Source of the DNA: a virus
IMG/VR virus record: IMGVR_UViG_3300037423_000600
Location: 32,001 to 96,000 of that record
DNA length: 64,000 nucleotides
Direction: 5' to 3' (one strand)
Both the position numbers and the translations under genes were made by a program. The notes under the pieces are model-generated. The model was not told where the DNA came from. It made no database searches and saw nothing but the letters and a program-made list of their open reading frames with translations. Position 1 is the stretch's first letter, and each line of letters begins with the position of its first letter. Below are positions 18,182-28,348 of this stretch, one piece after another.

Positions 18182-18680
18182 GAATTGGAACACGGCAGGT
18201 CATCTTTTGGAGGCTACGGCCGAGAGGTTTAATAAGCGGGTAGATGCGGTACTGATGAAGAACGCCAAGCTGTACAAGGAGGCCATCCTCCAACTGATTG
18301 AACAAGGGGACCCTTCGTGGGAACCCAAGAGTGACCGTCAGGAATATGAGTCCGGTACCGATAAGCTGTTTATCGGGGCAACGGGAACGTTCTACTCCAA
18401 TTTGGACCATAAAGGTATCCGCCGGGTACGGGCTGGGGCCGGGGAGAAACGGATATATGTCGGAGCCCGATATGATATCCGCCACGACCCTTCCAATATG
18501 AGTATGGAGCGGATAGCTGAAATCCTTCAAAACACCCCTTATGGTGGTGCCCGTGACCTGTTTGGCCCGGCATGGGAGAGGGTAAAAGGTCAGGTAGCGG
18601 CCAATCTTGCGAAAATGAACGTGGGCTTAAATGATACAGACGGAAGGGGCGGCGGAGACGATGGCGATATGGATTCCTGA
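18168..18680 (+). CDS. neck protein (HK97 gp10-like, putative)
   Basis: Synteny; C-terminal ARDLFGPAWE. Confidence 0.55.
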   Translation: MVMLKNWNTAGHLLEATAERFNKRVDAVLMKNAKLYKEAILQLIEQGDPSWEPKSDRQEYESGTDKLFIGATGTFYSNLDHKGIRRVRAGAGEKRIYVGARYDIRHDPSNMSMERIAEILQNTPYGGARDLFGPAWERVKGQVAANLAKMNVGLNDTDGRGGGDDGDMDS

Positions 18681-19257
18681 GTTTGAGGCATACCTGCAAA
18701 ACCGTCTTTCAACCATTACCTTACCGGATGAAAATGGTGCCCAAGTACCGATTTCGGCTTCCTACCGGATGTCGGGGACAAAGACAGGAAGTGCGGATGC
18801 CGACTCGAAGCGGCCCGGTATCATCTACCACAACTACGATGGACTTCATGATGTGAGCCGGGAAACTTCTGCGGTGATGCTAAAGGCAAGCTGGACGGCG
18901 ACGGATGTAGACATTAAGGATGCGCCTATCCCTTGGAACCTATACTACGAGTTCAACCTTCTGGCTGACTTTAGGATAGACCTTATTCCGATGGAGGTTC
19001 AATTCCTTAAGTTGTTTCCGCCCCGAGGGGCCATTCAAGTAATTGACCCCGAGGACAACTCCCTCAATGCCTACGATTTCTTCCTTGTTCAGGTACTCCC
19101 CGGGGACAGTTATCTGGCCCTTAACAACGGCGGGGCAGTTCAAAAACGGATTTTTCGCAAGACATACCGATACGTGATACGCACGGAGACGGACTTCGCT
19201 ACAGCACAGACCTTCAAACGAGTCCTCGACATTCAAATCTCCGGCGACCAAATATAG
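18661..19257 (+). CDS. tail completion/terminator protein (putative)
   Basis: Synteny upstream of sheath. Confidence 0.55.
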   Translation: MAIWIPEFEAYLQNRLSTITLPDENGAQVPISASYRMSGTKTGSADADSKRPGIIYHNYDGLHDVSRETSAVMLKASWTATDVDIKDAPIPWNLYYEFNLLADFRIDLIPMEVQFLKLFPPRGAIQVIDPEDNSLNAYDFFLVQVLPGDSYLALNNGGAVQKRIFRKTYRYVIRTETDFATAQTFKRVLDIQISGDQI

Positions 19258-19269
19258 GGAGGGCTTCTA

Positions 19270-19590
19270 ATGATGCTGTTCTTTTACAATAGGTGCATTA
19301 ACCAGCCTATCGAACTTGACTTTGGGCCGGAGAGTGTTCGTATTGAGCCCCTTCAATCCAAGATAGTGCCCGGGCATCCTGCGATGCTGGAGCACCCATC
19401 TGTGGTGGCTCACGTGAATGCAGGCAACTTGATTGCAAGTATTTACGAGTCTCCTACGGCCCCAAGTGTCGAGCCGGGAGTTATTGACGAGCCCGAAGCG
19501 GTAGTGACTGAGGCGGTTACCGAACCTGCGGCGGCCCCTTTAGAACAACCTGCTCCGGAGATTAAGGTTAAGGCTTCCCGGCGGAGATAA
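19270..19590 (+). CDS. hypothetical protein
   Basis: RBS GGGAGGG. Confidence 0.65.
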   Translation: MMLFFYNRCINQPIELDFGPESVRIEPLQSKIVPGHPAMLEHPSVVAHVNAGNLIASIYESPTAPSVEPGVIDEPEAVVTEAVTEPAAAPLEQPAPEIKVKASRRR

Positions 19591-19616
19591 TTTTATTCTG
19601 ATAAGGAGGGATTCAA

Positions 19617-21107
19617 ATGGCTGATTACTTACGCCCTGATGTTTTCGTAGAGGAGAAGAACTCCGGCCCCCGCCCGATTCAAGGGGTAGGAACCTCTACT
19701 GCGGCTTTTGTCGCACTTTCCCCTCGTGGAAAAATCGGCGTACCTCAACTGGTTACGTCTTGGACTGATTACGTAAATGCGGTTTCCTACGGTTTGGATA
19801 CGCCTTTCTTGGCGAACTCCTACGGAGCGTATGCCGTTTACGGCTTCTTCAATAACGGCGGTACCCGCGCCTATATTGTCCGTCCCGGCGACGGCTCCCA
19901 AGTTAAAGCCCAGTACACCTACACGGACGGCCAAGCAACTCCGGCGGACATCGTGAAGGTGGAAGCCTTGGATGAAGGCATATGGGGTAATAAGCTGTCC
20001 TCGCGTTTTGTAAATGGTCTAGCGGCTGGCAACTACGATTTTATCGTAAAGTTTGACGGTACGACTGTGGCAACGTACAAGGAAGTGTCCTTTGATGCTA
20101 CGCAGGATAACTTCATCGAGACGGCTGTTAATGGAACGGATAAGTTCGTATCCATTGACGTTCTGGGCTCCACCACTCCAACGCTTGTTGCGGGGGACAT
20201 CGGGGTGGATAAGAACCTCTCCGGCGGTGCGGACGGTTCCTCCGGCATTGATTCTGACGACCTTCTGGGTACTTCGGGCCTTGCGGCTTTAGATACAGTG
20301 GACAACATCAACATTGTTGTTATCCCTGAATCCCAAGCGGCCGCTACCATCACCGGAGCTTATGCTTGGTGTGAGAAGCGTAAGGATGCCTTCTTCGTCT
20401 GTGACGGAGCCCTTACCGATACAGTGGCTTCTATCCAAACGCTTCGTGCTTCCCTTGGTTCCAAGGATGCGTCTCTGTACTACCCTTGGATTGAAGTATC
20501 TGACCCTATCGGCAAAGGTACGGCTAAAACCAAGTTCGTTCCGGTGGCAGGTCACGTAGCTGGCGTTTACGCCCGCACGGACGGAACTCGCGGTGTTTAC
20601 AAGGCTCCGGCGGGTATCGACGCAACGGTACGCGGAGCTCTTAGCACGAAGGTTACTGTTCAGGATGGGGAACGGGACGTATTGAACCCTAAAGGTATCA
20701 ACGTCATCCGTGTACTCTCCGGTGCAGGTATCGTCGTGTGGGGCGCACGTACTCTGGGTGCAGACCCGAAAGACCGCTACGTCAACGTTCGCCGGGGCCT
20801 GAAGAAAATCATCAAGTCCTTGGCGGAAGGCTCTCAATGGGCGGTGTTCGAGCCAAACAATACCGACACATGGCGGCAAATGCGGGTTCAAGCGAACTCC
20901 TTCCTTTTAGGCGAGTTTAAGGTAGGTGCCTTCAAAGGCGATACCCCGGCACAAGCCTTCTTCGTGAAGTGTGACGCCGAACTCAATACGCAGGAAGAAG
21001 TCGATGCTGGCCGCATCAATGAGGAAGTCGGCGTGGCTTTCAACAAGCCGGGCGAGTTCATCATCATTCGTATCGGCCAATGGGACGGCGGAGTGAGCGT
21101 AAGCTAG
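19617..21107 (+). CDS. contractile tail sheath protein
   Basis: YLRPDVFVEE, AVYGFFNNGG, YYPW, KAPAG, VWGARTL, WAVFEPN, KPGEFI motifs. Confidence 0.95.
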   Translation: MADYLRPDVFVEEKNSGPRPIQGVGTSTAAFVALSPRGKIGVPQLVTSWTDYVNAVSYGLDTPFLANSYGAYAVYGFFNNGGTRAYIVRPGDGSQVKAQYTYTDGQATPADIVKVEALDEGIWGNKLSSRFVNGLAAGNYDFIVKFDGTTVATYKEVSFDATQDNFIETAVNGTDKFVSIDVLGSTTPTLVAGDIGVDKNLSGGADGSSGIDSDDLLGTSGLAALDTVDNINIVVIPESQAAATITGAYAWCEKRKDAFFVCDGALTDTVASIQTLRASLGSKDASLYYPWIEVSDPIGKGTAKTKFVPVAGHVAGVYARTDGTRGVYKAPAGIDATVRGALSTKVTVQDGERDVLNPKGINVIRVLSGAGIVVWGARTLGADPKDRYVNVRRGLKKIIKSLAEGSQWAVFEPNNTDTWRQMRVQANSFLLGEFKVGAFKGDTPAQAFFVKCDAELNTQEEVDAGRINEEVGVAFNKPGEFIIIRIGQWDGGVSVS

Positions 21108-21164
21108 TCTTACGCTTCTTCCTCTCTTCTTTCTTATTAACTCTACTCTAAGGAGGTATTCACT

Positions 21165-21605
21165 ATGGGCCGTTCTCAAGTTAAAGACCCGTTGCAACAG
21201 TTCCGCTTTAAGGTGGAGGTTCCCGGTCTGGACGCGGCTATTGGCTTCACTGAAGTCGATGGTCTGGACTCCGAAATCGAGGTAACCGAGTACCGCGAAG
21301 GCGGATTCAAGGCTACCCGTAAACTGCCGGGCATCGAGAAAACAGGTGTGGTTACTCTTAAGCGCGGAGCGTTCAAGAATAACGAGACTTACCTGTTGTT
21401 CCGTCAGTCCTTGGATAATGTGGACTTCCGTAAGACGGTCACCGTTATCGAGCAGGACCGTATGGGCAATAACGTTCGCCAATGGACGCTGGAAGAGACT
21501 TGGGCATCCAAGTTCACAGGCCCTTCCCTCAATGCCACTTCTTCGGAAGTCAGCATCGAGTCCATCGAACTGCAAACCGAAGAAATCAACGTCGCAACGG
21601 TTTAA
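21165..21605 (+). CDS. tail tube protein (T4 gp19 / eCIS tube-like)
   Basis: DPLQQFRFKVE, EYREGG, KLPG, TLKRG motifs. Confidence 0.92.
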   Translation: MGRSQVKDPLQQFRFKVEVPGLDAAIGFTEVDGLDSEIEVTEYREGGFKATRKLPGIEKTGVVTLKRGAFKNNETYLLFRQSLDNVDFRKTVTVIEQDRMGNNVRQWTLEETWASKFTGPSLNATSSEVSIESIELQTEEINVATV

Positions 21606-21680
21606 TGAAATGGGGTGGGCTCCGCCCGCCCTATTCCTACTTATTCACATTGAAAACATCCACTTTAGGAGGACACGACT

Positions 21681-22478
21681 ATGGCACAGGAAAAGAATCG
21701 GGAATATGAACTTACGGCAGAAGGCAACATCATCTTTACGCTGGAACACGGCGTTGAGTACAATGGGGAAACCCACACGGAAGTAGAAATGCGTGAAATC
21801 CTCGGCGTGGACGAGGAAGCGATTGCTAAACCGGAGGTCAAAAACAACATTGGCCGCCTAATTTCCACCCTTTTATCCGGCACGACCCTTCGTATCGGAA
21901 CCTTAACACCTAAGAGTTTCAAGAAGCCCTCGGAGTGGTTTAACCTGATTCATAAACTCCCGCTGGGCGACCGCGATACCATGATGCTGATGCTCCGCAT
22001 TGTCACTAAAGGAAACGCGGAACTTAAAATCGAAACTAAGTGTCCGAACGATGACTGCAAATGTGACATCGAACACATGGTAGACCTCGACACGGACATT
22101 GAGTATAAACCTTTGGAAGTGGACCCGGACGGATTCTCCGTTGAACTTCCGAAGCCGCATAAGGACGAGAAGAACGAAACCATGGTGAAAGAAGCCTTCC
22201 TGCGGCTCCCTAACGGCGATGACCAAGAAACATTGGACACGATTGGCCGTAAAAATGCCGGGCAAGCGAATACGCAACTGTTGGTTCGCTGTTTGAAGAA
22301 ATTCGGGGATATGACGATCAATCCGGCTTTAGCCCGGTCGATGTCTACCACGAACCGAGAGTTCCTGATTCGTCAGCTTTCGGAAAAACAATTTGGCCCT
22401 AAAATGGTTCTGGATATTGAGTGCCCTTCCTGCGGTACAGAAATTAAGCATGGGGTACACCCTGTAAATTTTCTGTAA
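21681..22478 (+). CDS. tail assembly chaperone (two CxxC pairs)
   Basis: Between tube and TMP; ends in slippery A_AAT_TTT. Confidence 0.75.
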   Translation: MAQEKNREYELTAEGNIIFTLEHGVEYNGETHTEVEMREILGVDEEAIAKPEVKNNIGRLISTLLSGTTLRIGTLTPKSFKKPSEWFNLIHKLPLGDRDTMMLMLRIVTKGNAELKIETKCPNDDCKCDIEHMVDLDTDIEYKPLEVDPDGFSVELPKPHKDEKNETMVKEAFLRLPNGDDQETLDTIGRKNAGQANTQLLVRCLKKFGDMTINPALARSMSTTNREFLIRQLSEKQFGPKMVLDIECPSCGTEIKHGVHPVNFL

Positions 22479-22678
22479 GTGAGTTCATTGGCCGGGAGTT
22501 CGAGGTAGAAATAGACCTCGACCTCACCTTTGACGAGTATCATCTTATCGCCCGGTACTATCATTGGTCCCGGGCGGAAATCAAAGGATTAGCGGTCAGT
22601 GAGCGGAGGAAGTGGGTAGACAAAATCATTGAACACGAAAAGGCCATTAACGGCACAGCCGATGAAACCCCTCAGTAG
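22472..22678 (+). CDS. -1 frameshift extension of tail chaperone (DUF6760-like)
   Basis: -1 frame with no own RBS encodes EYHLIARYYHWSRAEIKGLAVSERRKWVDKI. Confidence 0.7.
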   Translation, partial: SVSEFIGREFEVEIDLDLTFDEYHLIARYYHWSRAEIKGLAVSERRKWVDKIIEHEKAINGTADETPQ

Positions 22679-22689
22679 AAAGTGGGTGA

Positions 22690-25600
22690 ATGGTCATGTT
22701 TGGTTCAATAATTCACGTAGGCATTAACTTCATTACGCAAAATCTTGGGAAGGCTCTCTCTGGACTGAATCAGTTGGCGGGGGCCTTTCAACAAGCCCAC
22801 CAACAGGCACAAATCTTTGCCAATGGTGTGAATACCGTTGTTAACCAAACCAATAACGGAATGAGCCGCTTAAGGAAAGCGTTACAGCATAATTGGGCGA
22901 ATGAATACCGTAGTCTTGTGAATGGCTTGAATATGTCGCACGAGGACGCTTTAGAGTCCATTACCAAGAAGTACGATAACCAATGGCGGGAGATTGCGAA
23001 CAAGTACCAATCTCTCGTTATGGGTTCCGTCGCTCTTTCGATGTCCGGTATTGGCTTGAAAAACGTGGGGCTTGGCCTCGGCGGGTTCCTAAAGGAATCG
23101 GTGGACCAAGCGACTCAATACGAACTGGTGATGAAGCAAATCAGTTGGTACGGTAAAGAAACGGTAAAGACGGACCAAGATAGACTCAAGTTAAACAGGG
23201 AAATCTTCCAACTCGGCCGGGACTTGCCTGTAACAACCTCGGAAGTCGCTACTTCCATGCTTACCGCCATGAAAACCGGGTACTCGGACCTGAACGATGC
23301 TATCGCGATGGGTAAAGAGGCGTCCAAGATTCAATTTATGTCGATGGGTAAGCTGAAAGGCGAGGACTCTCTCAAATTCGTAAACTTGGCGCGGCAGTTG
23401 ATGGGGGTAGACGCTCAGAAAGCTTCCTCGGTAACGGATGCTATCCTTAAGACGGCGGACGTATCCGCGCTGGACCCGGAAGGACTCTTTAGGGCGATGA
23501 TGTCCTCCCGTTCGGCTAAAGAGAACTTGAAGCTGGATAATGCGTCTTTCTTCGCCCTTCTCGGCGGCATGGGTAACGTGCTGAATGAACGGGGCGCAGG
23601 TGAAGCGTTGAACGTATTCTCCCGAGGCCAGCTTCAAGCATTCGGTTCTAAGCCGGACTCGAAGCGGGGAAAGCTCTGGAATATGCTCGGCATTGACCTT
23701 GAAAAAGAAGGCGACGATATGTTGGCCGTCATTGACAAGGTAGTGAACCGAAGCCACGAACTGTGGGGCGACACTTTCACCCGGCGGGAAAAATTGATGG
23801 ATATCTTCGGTAACGATGCCTTGACTCTTCTCTCCGCCTACGAGGTTAACAAACGGAACTCCGGGATGACGCTTACGGAAATGAGAAATCAGATTCAGGC
23901 GGCTACCGGAACTAAAGATGCTCGGGGTAAATCTTACTCGGATAATGCTGTGGACACGTTCACCAATTCGATGTACGGTTTGCAGGAACAGCTTAAGGGT
24001 GTGCGGGAGCAGTTCTACATCCTCTTCGGCTTGGCTATTGGTCCGGGCTTCAATCTAATTGTGAAGCAACTCACCAATATGCTCTCCGGCATCAATCGGT
24101 TCTTGGAGGACCACCCGAAAATCGCTAGGTATACGGGCTACATTCTCGGTATGGCGGCGGCCTTTACGGTGGCGGCTGGGTCCCTGCTTCTGTTCGCGGG
24201 CTTGATTGTAGGTACGTACTCCTCCATCATGGCCTTTACGACGAACATGATTCGGAATACCCGGGTAGCAGAACTTCTCGGAATGCAGATGTCCACGACC
24301 GGAGACTTAATCAACAATAAATTTATCAATCCGGCGAAGAAGGCTCTTATGTTCATGGGTCGGATGGCTTTAGCATCAGGGCTTCTCTATCTGGCTTGGA
24401 GATACGACTTCCTTGGCCTTCGGACCTATACGGAATCTTTCACGACTCGTTTCCAAATCGCCATGAAGCGGGTAGACGAAACCATGAACCTGTTCCGTAA
24501 CGGCTCGGTAAAGGACTTCGTTAGTTCTTTCCAAGACCTCGGAAATCGAGGATTCTGGGGCGGTCTTACCCGAGGTATTGTCTCCTTCATGGCCTTAATG
24601 GACGGCGTGTTCCAAGCGTGGTCGGGGAATACCATTTCCAAGGATATGTATGACAAGCTTAAGGGTGCAGGGCTCCTTAAGGCTCTGGAACTTATTCTCG
24701 ACGTAAAACAGGCCGTAACCGACCTTTGGACAGGCTTTGTAGCCGGGGTATCCGAAGGGGCTAAAATCCTTTGGCCTATTCTTAAGCCTCTGTGGGAATT
24801 TGCGAAGTGGGCTTATGAAAAAGTCACGGGAATCCTCGAACACTTCGGTCTTATGAAGAATGTTCAGTCTGGACTTACGTCCGATTGGCAAAAGATGGGC
24901 GGTTCTATCGGCTTAATCGTAGGCGGTCTTATCGCCTTGAAAATCGGCGTTAAGGCATGGTCGGTGGCTTTAGGAACTCCGCTCAAGGCCATGTGGAATA
25001 TCTACAAGGTCATGCGCCTGCTTATCTCCGGAGGGAAGAACTTCGGGAATTGGTTTAAGGGCGGTGGCCCCGGCCGGATGGCGGGCGGCGGGTCGGCTAG
25101 GGCGGCAAATGGAGCCTTTAACGGTCTGATGCGGATTGGTGGTTGGGTATTTGGAACCAAGCAAACCCGGTTAGCCGCAAATGCCTTAAATAATCTTCGG
25201 AATAAGAATCGGACGTTTATTCCTCAACCGAACCAACTCAATCTACCCGGCCCAACGAACCGGAATGCGGCACAGAACCGTATGGCGTGGCTTGCCGATA
25301 AATTCGGCGGCGGGGAAATGATTCAGCGAAATGGCCGTGCTAACTCGGTTCGTAGTCGAGGCTTCCTTGGTAGACTTACCGATACGCTCCTTGGTCGGAG
25401 GCTTATGGTAGAACGTGCGGCGAATGGCACTTTAGGGGTTCGTGGCCGGGATGCTCAAGGCAGAGGCACTTACCGCTTTCTGACTCAGGCGGAGAAGCAA
25501 GAGTTCCAACAACGGGGTGCGCTTCGTCGGGGTGGATTGTTCCGGAATATCGGGAACTTCTGGGAAGGCTGGGTGAAGCATTCGAGTAAACAGGGTATCG

Positions 25601-26697
25601 TTTCTGGAGGGACCCGCACTTTATTACGCGGTGGGGGTGGACTCTTAGGCGGCATCGGGAAACTCGGATTGTCCCTCGGAAAAGGCTTGCTAGGCGGGTT
25701 AGGTAAGGTGTTACTCGGCGGGGTTCCTTTCCTATTTAAGGCGGCCTTTAGGCTTATCCCTATCATCGGCTGGGCTCTCTCGGCTTGGGAGATTATCTCG
25801 CTTATCTGGGAGAATTGGGAGCCGATTAAGAAAGGCGCGGCTAAAGCGTGGAACTGGATTAAGACTGAGGGTGTAACCAAGATGCGGCAGGCGTGGGAAT
25901 GGGTCAAAACGGATGGGGTGATGTACCTCGGCCAGTTCTCGGATTGGTTCGTGAATACCGGGCTCCCGGTGGCTACTCAAGGTCTGATTGACGGCTTCTC
26001 CGCCGCGTGGAATTGGGCGAAGGATGACGGTGTGAAGTATCTCGGGGAATTTGCGGATTGGTGGTACTTTACTGCGCTTCCGGCCATCGGCAAGGCCCTT
26101 GTTGATGCGATGTCGAGTGCGTGGACCAAGGTAAAGGAGAATTTGTCCGACTCCACATGGCTCCCGGATTGGATGAAGAAGCTTCTTGGCATCGAGGTTA
26201 AGCCTACGGGCGGAACGGCCTCCACCGGAAACACGCTGGCAAGCGAGGCTACCAAAACCTTCGGGCTGGTTCAAAAAGGAGCTACCTTCTTCAATTACGC
26301 GACTCATCCGGTCGATGCGGCCATTACTGATATCGGCGGTAACCTCATCAAGAAGGCGGCGCAGAAGGCTTTAGGGTACCCGTCCTCTCACGTAGGTTCT
26401 AAAGTCGAGGATGAAGGTCTGGTTAACGTGGCTCCCGGCGAGGTTATCCTCCGGGATAGAACGGTTCGGGACTTCGAGAACTATGTCGCCTCTTCTAAAG
26501 CGGCCAATCGTTCGGCGGCTCCGGCAGGCGGAGGAGATACATCCATCAACTTCGCTCCGGGTGCGGTCACAATCAATCTGGCGAATGCGTCCCAAGGTGA
26601 AATCCAGCGGGGTGCGCGGCAGTTGTTCGAGGAGTTCAAGCGTATGGTGGAGACAGAAAATATGCGGAATTACCGTTCCGCTCGGGCGAAAGGGTGA
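22690..26697 (+). CDS. tail tape measure protein
   Basis: 1335 aa; TP901-type core, TM segments, Trp-spaced repeats. Confidence 0.92.
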   Translation: MVMFGSIIHVGINFITQNLGKALSGLNQLAGAFQQAHQQAQIFANGVNTVVNQTNNGMSRLRKALQHNWANEYRSLVNGLNMSHEDALESITKKYDNQWREIANKYQSLVMGSVALSMSGIGLKNVGLGLGGFLKESVDQATQYELVMKQISWYGKETVKTDQDRLKLNREIFQLGRDLPVTTSEVATSMLTAMKTGYSDLNDAIAMGKEASKIQFMSMGKLKGEDSLKFVNLARQLMGVDAQKASSVTDAILKTADVSALDPEGLFRAMMSSRSAKENLKLDNASFFALLGGMGNVLNERGAGEALNVFSRGQLQAFGSKPDSKRGKLWNMLGIDLEKEGDDMLAVIDKVVNRSHELWGDTFTRREKLMDIFGNDALTLLSAYEVNKRNSGMTLTEMRNQIQAATGTKDARGKSYSDNAVDTFTNSMYGLQEQLKGVREQFYILFGLAIGPGFNLIVKQLTNMLSGINRFLEDHPKIARYTGYILGMAAAFTVAAGSLLLFAGLIVGTYSSIMAFTTNMIRNTRVAELLGMQMSTTGDLINNKFINPAKKALMFMGRMALASGLLYLAWRYDFLGLRTYTESFTTRFQIAMKRVDETMNLFRNGSVKDFVSSFQDLGNRGFWGGLTRGIVSFMALMDGVFQAWSGNTISKDMYDKLKGAGLLKALELILDVKQAVTDLWTGFVAGVSEGAKILWPILKPLWEFAKWAYEKVTGILEHFGLMKNVQSGLTSDWQKMGGSIGLIVGGLIALKIGVKAWSVALGTPLKAMWNIYKVMRLLISGGKNFGNWFKGGGPGRMAGGGSARAANGAFNGLMRIGGWVFGTKQTRLAANALNNLRNKNRTFIPQPNQLNLPGPTNRNAAQNRMAWLADKFGGGEMIQRNGRANSVRSRGFLGRLTDTLLGRRLMVERAANGTLGVRGRDAQGRGTYRFLTQAEKQEFQQRGALRRGGLFRNIGNFWEGWVKHSSKQGIVSGGTRTLLRGGGGLLGGIGKLGLSLGKGLLGGLGKVLLGGVPFLFKAAFRLIPIIGWALSAWEIISLIWENWEPIKKGAAKAWNWIKTEGVTKMRQAWEWVKTDGVMYLGQFSDWFVNTGLPVATQGLIDGFSAAWNWAKDDGVKYLGEFADWWYFTALPAIGKALVDAMSSAWTKVKENLSDSTWLPDWMKKLLGIEVKPTGGTASTGNTLASEATKTFGLVQKGATFFNYATHPVDAAITDIGGNLIKKAAQKALGYPSSHVGSKVEDEGLVNVAPGEVILRDRTVRDFENYVASSKAANRSAAPAGGGDTSINFAPGAVTINLANASQGEIQRGARQLFEEFKRMVETENMRNYRSARAKG

Positions 26698-26703
26698 TAG
26701 GGT

Positions 26704-27183
26704 ATGGCGCGAGAACAAGTCAAAAAAGCCTACATCCAAAACAACGCCACGAATGACATCATGGAGTTTCAATTTAATCCACCGGAGTTTAATGACAAGC
26801 TGGGGGTTGAGTTCTCTGAACTCTCCTCCCCGGGGATGTCGGCTCCGATGTTTCAATACATCGGCGGGAAGGCTCGTGTGGTGACGTTTGAACTCTACCT
26901 TAATGCGTGGACGGGGTATCGGGGACAGGTTCCTATTGGGCCGTCGCCGGAAGGGGTGGTATCGGACCTGTATGTTAAGGCTCCGATACGATTCCTCCAC
27001 TCGTTCCTACCTCCGGCGGACGCAGGCAAAACCTTTAGTCCACCGCCGACTATGACGTTCGCATGGGGATGGTTTGTAAAAACTTGTATCCTTACGGACT
27101 TGGATATCAATTACACCCGGTTCAACGCTCAACTTGACCCGATTGAGGCGAAGGTAAATCTGACGTTGACCATCTTGGAATAG
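26704..27183 (+). CDS. tube initiator / CIS tube-like baseplate protein
   Basis: FQFNP, PP..TFAWG, P..A.V.LTL motifs. Confidence 0.8.
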   Translation: MAREQVKKAYIQNNATNDIMEFQFNPPEFNDKLGVEFSELSSPGMSAPMFQYIGGKARVVTFELYLNAWTGYRGQVPIGPSPEGVVSDLYVKAPIRFLHSFLPPADAGKTFSPPPTMTFAWGWFVKTCILTDLDINYTRFNAQLDPIEAKVNLTLTILE

Positions 27184-27194
27184 GAGGCGGGCTT

Positions 27195-27500
27195 ATGGCA
27201 ATTTATCGCGGCTCCCGATATGAAAAAGTCATCGTAACCAATCAAATCGTAAAAGGCCGAGTCCGCCCTACTTTCCGGCGGAGGACGCTAAAGCCGATTG
27301 TGGCTCTTAACGGAGTGGTGCATACGTGGATTCAAGGTGATAGGCTGGACACCTTGGCTTACAAGTATTATGGTGACGCTCAGAAATGGTGGGTTATACT
27401 CGACGCAAATCCCCGGTTTATGACTCCTTTTGACATCCGGCCGGGCGATACGCTGTCGATTCCTTCCTACCAAGACGTTCGGAGGTCTTTAGGCTTATGA
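27195..27500 (+). CDS. LysM/P2 gpX-like baseplate protein
   Basis: GSRY, GDRLD.LAYKYYGD..WW.I.DANP. Confidence 0.85.
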   Translation: MAIYRGSRYEKVIVTNQIVKGRVRPTFRRRTLKPIVALNGVVHTWIQGDRLDTLAYKYYGDAQKWWVILDANPRFMTPFDIRPGDTLSIPSYQDVRRSLGL

Positions 27501-28348
27501 GTGCGGAGTACGATTACAGGTCAATCCTTGCTCCCTATTACGAGGTATGGCTTGGAGGCAGGCAACTGGAGGGGTTGGAGAACCAGCTTATCCGGGATGT
27601 GGTCTACGAGGACACTTCCTCCGGTTCCGACCTTCTCATTATTACCTTCCAAGACCCGGACTTTAACATCATTGACAGCCCATTGGTGATAAAGGCTTCT
27701 CCGGTGAAATTCGTCGGCGGGTGGTTGTTTGATAATAAGGAATTGTTTGATGGGTATATCGCTCAGGCGGAAGTCGATTTCCCTAAAGATGGAGTACCTA
27801 CTCTTACGGTAACCTGCATGGACAAATCCTACGTTATGGACCGGATAGAGAGGTACGAAGTCTACAAGGATATGCGGTATGACCAGATTGCTACAAAGAT
27901 TGCTCAACGGAACGGGCTCTCTATTAAGACTCAGCCCGCCCCGTTTGACAAGAAGCCAAGCGGGAAGGACCGGGAAAATGTCACGCAGTCGCAGAAAACA
28001 GACATTCAATTTCTCACGGATTTAGCCAACGACATTGAATGGTTATGTTGGGTAAAGGGGGACACTCTTTACTTCCTCCCGCCGGATTACAGCGCGGAAC
28101 CTGCTAAAACTTACTGGTGGCGGCGGCCGCCGTTTAATCTCCTTTCCTTTAATCCAAAATTGGTTCATGCGGATACTACGGACGGCATTTCTACCGGAAA
28201 TATCGACCCCGTAACCGGAAAGCCTACCAATGATACGGCTGATTCGGGTACTCAGGTAGACCGCTTGGGCGAAAAGAAAGACAAACCGGGTATGAAATAC
28301 GACCCGTATACAAATAGCTGGCGGGAAGCAGGTGAGGTAGATGGCTGA
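27497..28348 (+). CDS. baseplate hub (late control D-like), N-terminal part
   Basis: LFDGYI, IA.KIA..NGL, Q...TDIQFL..LA, LYF motifs. Confidence 0.8.
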   Translation: MSAEYDYRSILAPYYEVWLGGRQLEGLENQLIRDVVYEDTSSGSDLLIITFQDPDFNIIDSPLVIKASPVKFVGGWLFDNKELFDGYIAQAEVDFPKDGVPTLTVTCMDKSYVMDRIERYEVYKDMRYDQIATKIAQRNGLSIKTQPAPFDKKPSGKDRENVTQSQKTDIQFLTDLANDIEWLCWVKGDTLYFLPPDYSAEPAKTYWWRRPPFNLLSFNPKLVHADTTDGISTGNIDPVTGKPTNDTADSGTQVDRLGEKKDKPGMKYDPYTNSWREAGEVDG

